The notes beneath the pieces were generated by a model that was given only the letters and a program-made list of their open reading frames with translations, ran no database searches and had not been told where the DNA came from. DNA of 64,000 nt from Raillietiella orientalis (taxonomy: Eukaryota), in assembly GCA_036172245.1 (NCBI GenBank), contig JAYWIR010000006.1, forward strand, positions 2,418,001 to 2,482,000, given 5' to 3'. A program made the translations under genes and the position numbers. Positions 37,451-49,262 of the stretch are shown here, in pieces. How positions within the stretch are numbered: position 1 is the stretch's first letter; each line of letters begins with the position of its first letter.

Positions 37451-40400
37451 ATGCACTCGTTCGGACAAGGACAAAGAGGAAGGATGAACAGTACCAGGCT
37501 TCATAGCTGCTTAGGACCAGGGAAAGTGGTCGGGGAGGCGTGCATCATTGGTCAAGGGAAAGTAGAGAGGAAGTGCTGCAAGGGTACAGTGGAGACGCAC
37601 GACGGCTCACGAGACCGCTGGCAACGAGAAGGACGATCTGAAGGCGACACTGATGAGTGACCTGCACCCTGCGACCTCAGGACTCCATACAACTGGAGTC
37701 GGGTGACTATAAGCACAGGATGAGGAGCCAATGTCTAGTAAGCGGAGGAGGAGCCATGAGTGTGAAGACCATGGTAACCATTGCCTATGGGAGACATAGT
37801 CTTAGGGAGAGCAAAAGAAGAAAGCACATGCAGACTCAGCTACCACTGTCGCTTCTAAAGGCCTCTTCCTCAAGAGAGCGTTTCCCGGCATGATCTCGGG
37901 GAAGAAGGTTCAAGAATCTGCGGATGGCGGAAAGATGCGGAGGAGAAGTGGGCTAAAAGCGGATACGGGAAAGCTGCTGAGCGAAGCGTAGGGCGGAGAG
38001 GAACCGCGGCTCTCCAGGCACCTCTCACCTGACAGTCTGTTCGGGCGGACCGTTTCCTGAGAAACGCAAGATGCTGCAGCAGAGCTTCCTGAGCTGGCTG
38101 GCCCTTCCGCTACTATCTGGCTCAGGTGCGCATGCGAACACCACAAAGGCAAGCAGCACGCCTCAGAGCCCGGATCCTGTCTCCGTGCTGCTGCTGCTTC
38201 TAGAGACCTCTCTCCATATCTGGGCTTCCTCCTCATTTTACTCGGAGCAAACCTAGGAAACCTACTCTCCGGGTTTTACGAGTCCGTAGAGACTGCGCCT
38301 CCAGTCTCACTTCAGGCCTCATCCTTCCATAGCATGAAAGCACCATGCTGACCAGTACGTCGAGGGCACGGAGAGGATGGTGTGGCAGCACCTGCAGAAC
38401 CAGATTGCTCGTATTGGAGCCTTCGGCGGAGTCTCTGATCCATTGCCAGCTCAGTCTTCTCTTCCTCCTGCCCCTTTCCTCTTCCTCCTTTCCTCTTCCA
38501 TCTCCTTCTCCTCTTCCTCCCCTATCATCGTCGTCATCATCATTCATCATCCATCATCCTGCTTTGGAAGGCTACCAGCATCTCCCTTAAGATGCTTTGA
38601 TGTACTATGTGGGACACGGAACTTTATTGCGCCACCTTCCTACTGGATCGCAGTTCCTCTTCTCCCTTTCCTCTTCCCTCCCCCTTGGGCGAACGCGTCC
38701 CCGTTCTCTTTGCCTGTTTCTTTCGCTGTCCTCTTGCCGCCCCCTGCCGGAGTGGCAGCGCCCCTCCGTATACTGAGCTGCCGTGCGCATCCTCAGGTGT
38801 GGGCGCAGACCCGGAGGTGCGCGTGATAGCCTCGTGCATCTCCACTCCCTCGCGCCCCTTGCTCGACCGAGTCGGAACCTCGTGGGCCACGGGGAAGCGT
38901 CGCCTTGAGCGATGGCGGCGGCGGCACGTCTCTTTCCCCCTTCGCCCCTCTGGGATGGGCACGGAGAGGAGAGAGCAGGAGGGACAAAAGAGAGGAAGGA
39001 GAGAAGACCTCCGGTCCACTGGGACTGGGGAGCGGGAGGCACGCCCGCACGTCGCCTGGGGAGAGGTCGGAAAGGTCGCGACGGCAGACGCCTCGAAGGA
39101 GGATGAGCCGACGGCAGTCAGTAGGAGAAGGGGAGATTCAGGGATGCTGCGCGTTTTCCGAATCGACCGTCCTTCCGCCGTGGGGGAGAGGGGGGGAGGA
39201 GGGAGTGAGTGCGCACGCGCGTGCGCGCGGAGGAGGGAAAAGGAAGAAACCGTCTCAGATGCGAAGAAAGCGAGTCGGAAGAAGGGCGCCCGCGATCCCA
39301 AAATATCCGCTTCCGGGCTGTAAACAGGATGCTCCAGGAGGGCTGTAATTCGTGCAGCGCAAACGTCGAGGATCCCAGACGAGCCTTGGGAGCGGCCCTG
39401 CCGCACCCGGACCTTCGGCGCCCTCCCTTGAAAGCTCGGCTGCTGGTGAGCGATAGGAGGGGAGGGGAAGGGAAGAGACCCGCTAGAGCCAACAACTTGC
39501 GCCGTCGGCTGCGCGTCTCGAGCCGGGCGGCGCGGGACGAGAGGAACGGAGCTTTGCCGTTGCCGTCTCCGGGAAGATGGGGGAGGAGAGGGCACGTTGG
39601 CGCGCAGCTGGAGCGTCTCCAAGAGCGGACGCGTGCGCGTCCTTCGCCTTTCCCACTCTCCTCCCTGCCGCTCGTGTCCCCGCCCGTTCGCGTCCTCCCC
39701 CTCCTCCGATCCGGCACACACGGCGGGAGGATTTCGTCCAGGCGAATCTGCGCTAGCGCGGTACGCGCGTTACAGTCTGTGGCCCCTTCCCGTCGTTCCC
39801 GGACACCCCTCCTCCTCCTCCTCTTTTCCCCCCGGCATCGTCATCATTCGTCGTCCGCCACCATCCCGGTTCGGGGTACCCCTGTTCCGGAACGCTTCCA
39901 GCGTCTCCCTCATGTCTTGATGGGTCCAGGTGGGAACCTTCCCGTAGCTCCAGAGGTCCTTGCCGGACGAGCTCACCTGAACGAGGATTCCCTCCTCCCT
40001 CCTCTTGCATACCGTCAGCTCATTTTGAGTCCGCTTACTTGGCTGCCTCTGATGAGGAAGGCGATGGTCACCAAGGCAACCGCCTCCTTACCAGAAGGAA
40101 AGGAAGACGGAAGGGAGGAGTCGGTGAGAATGAGGAAGCTCATGGCGAGGAAGCAGGAGATGGTGGCGGTGCTGGGAAGGAATGGAGCAGGAGTGGAAGA
40201 AAACGGGAGGAGAGGAAAGGAGAAGAAGAGGAGATGGGAAGGGGTACAGCAGCATGAGAATGCGGAAGAAGATGATTGTCATGGTAACGAGAAGGGCGAT
40301 GGCGGTAGCTGTGGTAATGATGATGATGAGGAGGGGGAGGAGGAAGAGTTCCTTGCTTACGTCATCTGGGGTAGCAGAGGAAGGGCGGGACTTATGGAGG

Positions 40401-42295
40401 GAAAGGAAGAGGAGGAGGGAGGTTCCTCCTTCCTCAAAACTTTCGTCCTCGGAGCTCGGGGGCCGGCACCAGTTCTCGTCTCCTAGGCGGCGTCGGACTC
40501 GTTGAGTTTTCTGCTTTGCTTCCCAGTCGTTCCCTCTCCGCCATCAGACCATCCGAGCCATCCGTTCTTGGAGAAGTCTGCGCTCCACTTGTCGCGTGGA
40601 GGGGAGTCATCCGTGCCCGTTAAGCGACTCCGAGGAGCCGGGCTTTCTGAATCCGAGGCTAGATCTATTCCGGGACGCCCACCGGGTGACGGAGAGGCGG
40701 TTGGATGGGCTCCTCCAGGCTCTCCAGCCCACGCTGGGAGGCCGGAGGCCAAAACTCCCGGTCCCCACTGCTCCTCGGGTGCTCGGCGGGGAGGACTGCG
40801 TCGGGTCGCGTCGATCCTTTCGAGAAAGGTCGCCACCCTCGTAGCGAAGGAGACTGCACCCTCCCCTCTCCCGGGAGACCAACTCCTCCCCGAAGGCCCG
40901 CGTCGGCCGACCGTTGGTTGCTCCCCCACGACACCCCGAGGGGGAGCTCTTGGGGACGACAGATCAGCTCTCCCACCCGAGATCCCTCGCAAGGAAGGCG
41001 ATCGTCAGCCAGCCCTGCCTCCCCTGTCTGTCCGTACCCTCTTCTGTCCCCCGTCTCCTCAGGAGCATGAGACCACCGCTCCACGGCTCCCTACTCCCTT
41101 ACGCGTCTGCTCGCACCTCCACCGCTCCTCACCCGCACAGGAGCGCCCTCCATGCACGCGGGAGGCGGAGATTGAGAGGCCAGGGGCCGAGAAGTCATTC
41201 GCCTTGCGCTCTTGTTCATCACTCGGAGCACAAGGGCTGACTAATCGACATCTCTCGGATGGGGTGAGCGCTGCTCCCGAACCGACAGCTGGGACCAGCC
41301 CTTCCGTGAAGGAACCTGGAGTCAAGGGCACCTGAAATCCCACCGTTCCACCCTCCTCCCCTCGGGAGACGTCGAAGGAGGGGTCCGGGCGGCAGCGAAC
41401 AGGAATGCCGCGTCGCCGCCTCGCGCGCGCTGCTCGTGCACCCCTCAACCTCCCCCCTCTCCCGCCGTGCAGATTGCAGACTGAGGTGCGTGTGCCGACT
41501 CCTGAACGGAGATGAGCGAACGAGTCCACTCAGGGAGAGGGAGAGAGACCCGACCACTGGTGGCCGGGAGCGCTATCGTGAGGCGCTGCGCCGTTTCCGA
41601 GGCAACGGCCGGTATCGACGAGCGTGGGAGGCGCAGTCCTCGTGGCGCTTCTCCCCGATCTCGGGAGCCGTCCTTCTTCTTCCCTCTTCCCTTCCTCAGG
41701 ATCCGAAGAGGGAGGAAGGACCTCTCCTCCTTCTCTTCCCGGCGGCTCTCGTCGAGTGCCGTCAGCCGTGCGCGTAGACCCTGCGATGCTGCCGCCGGTG
41801 AGCTCACCAGGAGGCTCTCGGGCAGACCAAGCGGAAAGAAGGGGGCGAAGGGGAGGGCTGAGCCATTTCTATCCGCGTCTCCCAGCAGGTGTCGGCGGCT
41901 CCTGGATGCCGTCCGGAGTCCCTCCTTCGCGGTTTCCCCTGAGAAGCAGGACCCGGCTGTTGACTCAGGGGTCGGCGGGAGGGCGTGCTGTCCCAGCCCG
42001 CCCGGAAGTTCGAGCGGTCCAGGGCGATCCTTGCGCAGATACTGCCTGAAGCGTCCCCTGGGGATGAGTCGCAGGGTGAGGGCTTGGGTGCAAAGCGCGC
42101 TGTGACCCCCAGGCGGGCGAGGGAGTCGGGAGCGCGCCGACGGCTGGGTGTCATCGGCAAGGAAGATGAGATCGTCCTTGCAAACCTCCGGGCGGCTGCG
42201 CGGAGTCGTTGCCACGGGAGACCGAGCCCTCCCGGAGACCCTTCGGGGGATAAGGGAAGGGAGGAGGGATGCGAGGGTCGGTCGGCAAAGGATGC

Positions 42296-43834
42296 TGCCG
42301 AGATGGACCGCGGGCACTGGCAGAGTCTCCTCGGTTCTTCGGGACGCCATGTGCCTTTTCGGTTTACCCTGGCGCTCGGGGGAAAGGGCCAGGGGAAGGA
42401 GCCACAGGGTCGAGCGGATGTGGGGCGAGCCTCCGGACCGAAAGCTCTTCGCACGCACGAGACGAGTGGCTGGGATGCTCGCGCGCGCGCGCGCGCGCGC
42501 CTTCGCGACGAGGAGACAGGAAAACTCCATTCCTTGGCAGTTCCCGCCGTCGTCTGGGACGGGCGGCCACTTCGTGCCCGGCGCAGCTGCGCCCGCTCGA
42601 CTCGTCACATGATCGATGACGCCACAGCTCCCCTCCAGCGCGCGCCCCACTGCGGCCGGACGCCGCAGCCGGTAGTCGTTCGAGGACGTCCGGCCGTGGC
42701 AGCCAGCGGAGCAGACGGTAAGTTCTGTCGCTCTCTCTTCCCCGCGCTCTCCGCGCGACCCATGATGCCAGCGGAAGGGGGTGGTGGGAAATGGGAAACG
42801 ACTCCCTCCTCTGTTCGGGATGTGGCGTGCTGCCTATCGATGTGCCCCGAAACCCCTCCTGTGACGTTCCGCCATTCCGGATTCGGGCGAAACTCCCCTC
42901 TAGTTAGAGAGGTGTCCAGGGTGCCCCCTACCCCCCTTTGCTCGTCACTTTACCTTCCGCCAATAAATCCACCCCTTCCTGCCCTCGCCGGCCTGCTGCC
43001 CAGGAAATGCGCTCCACCGTCGCTGCTGAGAGGTGAAGAAAGGAAAGTGCTTCCTGCGTCTCTTTGGAGGCAGCTTTCTGACCCCTGCTCATTGTGTCCG
43101 CTGCTCGCAGCCACCTCGCCCGTCTGCCTGCAAGCTGCCCGCACTATTCTCGAGGTGGCACCCTCCGCGACTCCTCAGGTAGGAACCTCGTTTCCTCCCA
43201 AGAAGAACCGGCGGAGCTCGCATTCATCCTACCCCCTTTCCCCCAGTGACCCTCCGTGCTCTCTCCTCATCGACCTCTGCGGCCAGCGGCTGCTCTGTTC
43301 ATCGGACCTCCCAGACACAGACCAGTCGACCACACCTCAAGAGAGACAGAGGGGGAGGCAGTGCGGGCATCCACGAGCCCGCAATTCACGAAGCCCCATC
43401 CGCCGGAGGCAATCTTCTAGCCTTAAGCCTACGGTGCCAGCGACGGCTCAGGTTTTGACGGTGGCCAGAGGAACCGACATCGGTCTCGGCGCCAACCGTC
43501 AGAGACGACCGGAACCCCTCGACCCTGCCGGAACCCCCCGAGATTGAAGACCTCTGGAATGCCTGCGTCTCACTGCCCTTGACCAGCGACGGAGGTTTTA
43601 GAGTACCTGGAGGGGGCTGCCCTGCGATGCCCTGGTCACACGCGCTGGAGGCCACATGTCGCGTGCGTGCGGGAAACTTTCGGTCCGGAGGCTCACCTTC
43701 CTCCCGCTCGACCCCGGGGACCGCGGTCGGGTTTTCCCCTCCCTCCCCCTGACTCTTCCCCGTGCTCCAGGGGAGAGCAGGCGCGTGTAGTCCCGGGAAA
43801 CCGAGGGGACTCTCTGCCCGCGGTACATCTCGGC
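42296..43834. repeat. Inverted-repeat pair (42296-42468 and 43651-43834)
   Basis: GCCGAGATG.ACCGCGGGCA...GGGTCGAGCGG...GAGCCTCCGGACCGAAAG...CGCACGCACG occurs in opposite orientations about 1.2 kb apart. Confidence 0.8.
42480..42500. repeat. (CG)10 dinucleotide tract
   Basis: Uninterrupted alternating CG. Confidence 0.95.
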
Positions 43835-46399
43835 GGGTGGTGGCGGCAGGAAGACCGGAGCTTCGATACAGCTGCAACCTTCGAAATGGCATGGCGGACG
43901 CGGCAACAATGCGCAGGATGATGACGTCAGCACGAACGCTTCGGATGTTCGGATCCTTGCTGAACCCTCCGCGTGCCTATCCCGAGGACCTGGAAGCGCG
44001 TTTCGAGGTGGGCAGGCTGCTTTGCTGGATTCCAGTGACCTCTGGCTTTAAAAACGCACAGAGGCGATGAGCTCTCGGTGACCTGTGGGAGGTCGTCACT
44101 TCCCCTGCGGCATTCCGGAGGGCTCCCTTCGCTCATGACCTCATTATTAGATCGCTATAAGACCCCAGGCTTGTCGAGGACGATGAGTCGCTCTGGGAGC
44201 CGCTACTGTAAATTTCTAGTCTTAGCTGCTGAGGAATGAAGAGCAAAGAACCAACCCTCTGAGGGGTGGCGCAGCCATGAGCGGAAGTAGCGCTGGAAGG
44301 CAAGATTCTTTTCCTGAGGAATAAGACACACATACCAAAAACTGAAGTCAGTGACAGAGCGAGAAGACGTGTGCCTCTCTCCCTGAAGCTTGGTGCCGGA
44401 CACCTTGGAAGATCTTCCCCGGTTCCTGCCCTTCCCTTGGAGATGTTCCGTCCTGTTGCATGCTGCAAATTAAGGAGTGGAAAAACGAAAGAAAAAAACA
44501 AAAAAGGGGGGCGGGCAAAAACAAATCAAAAAGGGGGGAAGAGGGAGGGAAGTCCCCTACAAGCTTTTTGATGCGCTCGGTAATCCTCGAGTGGCTGGGC
44601 GCCTCACGGATCGATTTATCACTGGTGACGCATTCGCGTGGACGCATGTGAAATGTGTTGCCCTGTTGCTCCGGGTGACGCAGCTGGCTTTTCTCTGACC
44701 GGCTTGATTCGAGGAAACTGTCCTCATCACTGTATCTCAGAAGTGGGGGATTTTTTTCTTTCCTTCCTTCCTCTTCGTTGGCGGAGGACTCTGGACCGCC
44801 TTTTGAGGGAGGAAGCCGCGCTGCTTTTCCCGTTCAAGCGAAGGACGAGAAGGTGGAACATCGAGAAGCTTCTGCCGAAGAGGGCGGAAGCAGTCTTAAA
44901 AAGAGGATCGCTTCTCGCGGAGTCGATTGAAGAAGAAGGAATCTCTAGATAAGGTGGAAGGGGAAGGGAGGGGACTCGACAGAAGATCGAAGAAACTGCG
45001 GTAGCACCCGCCCTCGGAGACGCACAGGTCATTCGTTCCTTCTGCTTCTTCCCGGAGCACGCGGCCGCTCTCCTCCCAGCGGAGGTGCTCCCTTGTCTGC
45101 GGGCGCTGCTCGCATCCTTGACGACGTTCTGCCGAGGAGGTTCCCCATTTCCGCAGTCTTCCCTCGGATCTCAGATTCCATCCGGACCACGGGTAGCAAC
45201 ACGACCATCTCGAAGACTTTCTAGCGGTCGACCTGAGGGTCTTGCGGCTGCGAGACTCTCTCGGTCGATCTACGCCAGCGTTCCAGGAACGACGCCGAAC
45301 GAACTTCACAGCGAGTGGACTCTTCTGCTCCCCGTATGGAGGCGTCCTGGGATGCCGTCGTGCGCTCCTGCGGAAAGCGGTAGACATGATCACTCCCGCT
45401 TCCACGCCGTCGTCGTGCCACCAGAAGAAGAGAATCTCCGGGCGCGGTCTCCGCCAGTCCCGTAGTGGGACGGTCTGCGGAGTGTGGACGGTTCCTTCGC
45501 TTCCCTCTCCTCACTCCACTGTTCCCTCGTGGGTGCAATCCTTACAGACAAGAACATCCGATGCGGAGCGACCTTGGAAAGGGCCTTCCTCTCATTCGCA
45601 CCTCGTCCGTTGGGACTGCTTCCCAAAGAAGCTTTCCGGATATCTTCGGAATTTTATTCTCCTGTTTCATCTTCCCACTGCAGCAGGGGGAGCAGTAGCA
45701 ACGCTTCCAGGTCGCGGGCGGCGTTTCCTCCGGAGAACGGCCACTGCGCCGCGGGCCGTCCGGAAGGCGGTCTCGCTAGATGCTCGCTGCGCGCGAACCC
45801 GGAGAAGAACCGACAGGAGCGGGCAAGAGGGAGAACTCTTCAGACAGCCGTTCCCCCTGAGCGCGTGAACCCCCTGAGAAGGTGAGACTACCCCTGGCGC
45901 ATCGTCCCGAACAAGATGGATGCTCCTCGGGAGGTGGAGAGGCAGGGGACATCGGACCGTAATGGCACCTCCAGCCAAGTCTGCTCCCACCGGAGTTTGG
46001 CGTGTACTTGCAGGAACATCCCAGGCGCCGCCTGCGAACGGCGCAAGAGGAGGGATGGCCCGCGCCGCTCTCAGGCAGCACACCGGGACACGTGGAGTTG
46101 CGTCGTGCGCCTCCACTCGCTGCTTCCGAGTGGCGCTGCCGGTCAGCCGCGTAGACGTCTCGGGGGAAGAGTCCGGGCTCGCGAGCGCACGCTGGCATCC
46201 TTTTTCCCTGTTTCCCAGGCAACCGCCGTCGGGAAAACGGGCGGCAGACGATGGAACTTCCTGCCGTCAGACGCGGGAAAGCGAAGGTAAAAACAGAACC
46301 GGACGGCTTCCACGGCCGCGCCCGTTCCGGCTCGCTTCTCGCTCCCATTGGGAAGTTCCCTAGCGACAGGAGCGGGCACGTTCCTTTCCCCCCTCCCGT

Positions 46400-47500
46400 T
46401 GTCGGGCAGTCGTTACGAGTGCGCCGCGTTTCTGCAGCAAGTGTGCAGATGCCGGTGACGACCGTTCCTGCGGCCGCTTGGGAACGCCGCTAGCAGGACG
46501 AACCGTCTCCCGCGACTCCTGCCTTCTTCCTCCGCACCCACTTGACGCCATCCTCCATGCTCTGAATGCGGAGGTCCAGATCATCCATCCATGCGAACCC
46601 CGGGTGCCGTGAACGCTTCCGGCGCGCGCATCCCCTTGCGGCCTGCTACCGGGCGGACCTCTGACGCGTCGTCGTCTGCTCTCCAGGAAACGTGAAGAGC
46701 AGCGTCTCGCTGACGTCACAAGGGGCCATCGGGTAGAACGCAAGCAAAACAGCGGGATGCGAGTCTCTACGCGGATGACCGGACGCCACCAATGAAGGTA
46801 GCAGCAGCTGTTCCAGAGAGAAAAAGGGGGCCACGGCAGCGGAAGACCCTCTGACCTCTTGGAGTCTGCAGCGCCCTCGATCGGGGTGGTCGGGGGGTGA
46901 CCTAGACTTCGGAACCTTCGACATGAAGAGTGGAGTCGTAATGTCGGATGGTCAAGGTCCTGGCTGTTGAACCCCATCGCATGAAGCCACCGCACGTCTG
47001 CGAGAGTCCGGGACACCCGGCCAGCTGCCCGAGCAGTCGCGAGGGGGGCATCGGAGTGGATGCTGGTTTCTTGGTAGCCGTCCCAGGCAACAGCTCTTTG
47101 GTGTCCTTCCTCCTCCCTTATTCCCAGTGACACGTTCATGGTCGCCCCAGCGCTCTCGTGGTTTTCAAAAGGCGGCTGCACTCGACATTTTTCAGCGGTC
47201 CACTACTCGAGTTCCACTCCCTTAGGGATGATCGAAGTCCACTAAGCCACTCGTCTTCCGACTGCTCGCTGACTTGGAAGAGGAGGAAGAAATCTCAAGG
47301 GCGAGGTCAGGTGAGGAGCCTCAGGGAGGCTTCCTCGAGCCATAAATTCTCCAAAGGAGGAACATCGCCATGGTGAGGACGCAGTCGGCCATTTTCAAAC
47401 AGCTTGCTGAGGCTGCTCACAGTGCACCCTTCAGCGTTCGCACCAAGACCAGGTCTTGCCTTTAACTGCCACGTCCGGAGAGTCCACGATGAATGGTGGC
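46400..47500 (-). mobile_element. Highly degenerate non-LTR RT remnant
   Basis: Minus-strand motifs in the expected order: SLSKLFEN, LHAMGF, EGLPLPWPPF (RQG.PLSP.LF-like). Confidence 0.4.
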
Positions 47501-49032
47501 CCCGTGACCCCGAAAGCGTTCCTCCCCCCTCCCTCCCTTTCTGGCTGATTCCGAATGACCTCGGAGACGGACGCACATCCCACCCTTTTGGCGCGGTGCC
47601 CGTGGACGCCCACAAAGCGCCCAAGGGCGCTCCACAAAGTCGCAGGACTTCGTGGAGGGGATCGGGAAGTGGCGGCACCTCCCCTCAGATGCCAAGACCA
47701 CGATCCCGGGCGCCTTGCCGTTCCCACCGCTACGGTCCTTGGGGCGCCGCGATGGACTTTCATCCCTCTTTCCCCTGACCTTCCGCTGTTGTCGCTCCCT
47801 CCTTCCTTCCGCGATGCTCTGGCCCCTCCCCGCTTCTGACCCTCGTGAAAGATGGAGTCGAGTCAGCAGAACGCCGCTCTCCTCCTATGGGCAGTTTCCC
47901 GTTTGCCTTCCGGTTCTGGGGCTCCCAGACAAGGTCAGTCCCGAACGACCTTGACCAAGAGCTACTCCACTGGGTTGCAGCGGGGCACCGGGGTCAGGGG
48001 TGGGACAGGAGCCACGCGAGGTGGGACCTGACCTTGCCCCAAGGCAGAAAGGGGAGCAACCAGAGCCAACTCTCCCTTATTCGTGTCCCTGGTCTTCGGT
48101 TCCGTTCCCCTTCCACGACCTCTTGTCCCCCCGGGAGGTGCATGCAGAGAGGGGAAGCCCTGGTAGTCCTCTCCCTTCCGCCTCCTCTCCGAAGGCACCG
48201 GTATGACTCCTCGAGGAGCGGCGGCGACCTTCTGCTTCCGGTGCACTCGCCGGAAGCGAAGACTCCTCGGATCCGCACTCTTCCCAGCCCGCCTGTCCTG
48301 CTGGCACCGGTTACCGGTGGGAGAGATTGACAGCTTCCCCTCTCCTACCGCCCTTGCGTGGCCCTCCCCAGCCCCTGGCTTCCAGCTCTGACCTCAGTCT
48401 CGCTCTAGGTCTGCGCAGCGTCGACGGGCCAGCACCACCAAGTCGACCTCGCGTCTGCATCCCTGGGGCATCCGTCGCTCAGTACGCTTGCTGAATGCCC
48501 CAGGGGACAGACGCCGGGATCCGGCCATCCTCGTCTTCTTCCCCTGGCAGGTGGATTGACTTTCCCAAAGGTCACTGGCAAGGGTGCTGGCGCTGTTCCT
48601 CTCCGGCCGCTTCCGTGGACCAGTGCGGGGGACGGAAGGATGCCCCAGGGAGGAGGAGGGCCTACAGTTCGGAAAGTTGGACGGGATCCCCCGTGGTCCG
48701 GAGACAGCGCTTTTCTTCTCAGTCTGGGTGGGCGTCCCTTAGGCGCATCGTGCGGTCCCGTAGACCCGCGCAGGTGAGGTCCTCCGATCCCGGGGAGCAG
48801 CAAGGAGGCTGCGACGTCTCTTGGTGACCCGAGATGGTCCGCGCGTTCCTCTGGGCCGGTGGAGCCGAACTACAGAACTAGGACTGGAGGCGGGATCGTC
48901 TCGTCCCGTCTGCTGCTCCGCTTGATGACCCGACTCGATGCCCTTCGCTTCAGGGGGCCCGCAGCTGCCAGGAATGATGGGGGGGAGGGGGGAGATGGAG
49001 AAGGCTACTGGCTGTGACCGCTGCATTTCCAG

Positions 49033-49262
49033 CTGAGCCGAGTCGCCAACCTCAAGAAGATTGGGGTCAGCTTGCCCAAGGGACCTCATCGTCGCAGCAG
49101 CGATGAAGTTGATGCCAAAGCAGAGGGCGTCCCCGAGCCACCCTCTCCATCCCCCACGGACCCCAGGCTGCCCCTCAGCGCCAAGCAGAAGTTCAACATC
49201 CTGAAGTCGTGGAAGGGCATCGCGAGGGCCATCGAGCCCACCGGAGTGGAAATGTTCATCAG
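49033..49262 (+). CDS. GbXL: Globin X-like (GbXL) coding exon: N-terminal extension plus helices A-B (5'-partial)
   Basis: Acceptor ttccAG at 49031-49032. The frame reads LSRVANLKK...PTDPRLPLSAKQKFNILKSWKGIARAIEPTGVEMFI(R). The donor AG|GTGCGT at 49263 is phase 2, the conserved globin B12.2 position. The DPRLPL..KQK...SWK motif is typical of arthropod GbXL. Confidence 0.9.

Noticed and set aside
38333..38470. Gene-like codon stretch (DQYVEGTERMVWQHLQNQIARIG)
   Set aside because: An in-frame stop lies just upstream, there is no consistent splice model and no family is recognised.
39209..40486. 425-aa ORF and the antisense 365-aa ORF
   Set aside because: Low-complexity GA-rich composition with no recognisable homology.
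41985..43547. 520-aa ORF and the overlapping 401-aa antisense ORF
   Set aside because: Arg/Pro/Ser/Gly-rich with no domain motifs. It runs through an inverted-repeat arm and a (CG)10 tract, as expected by chance at this GC content.
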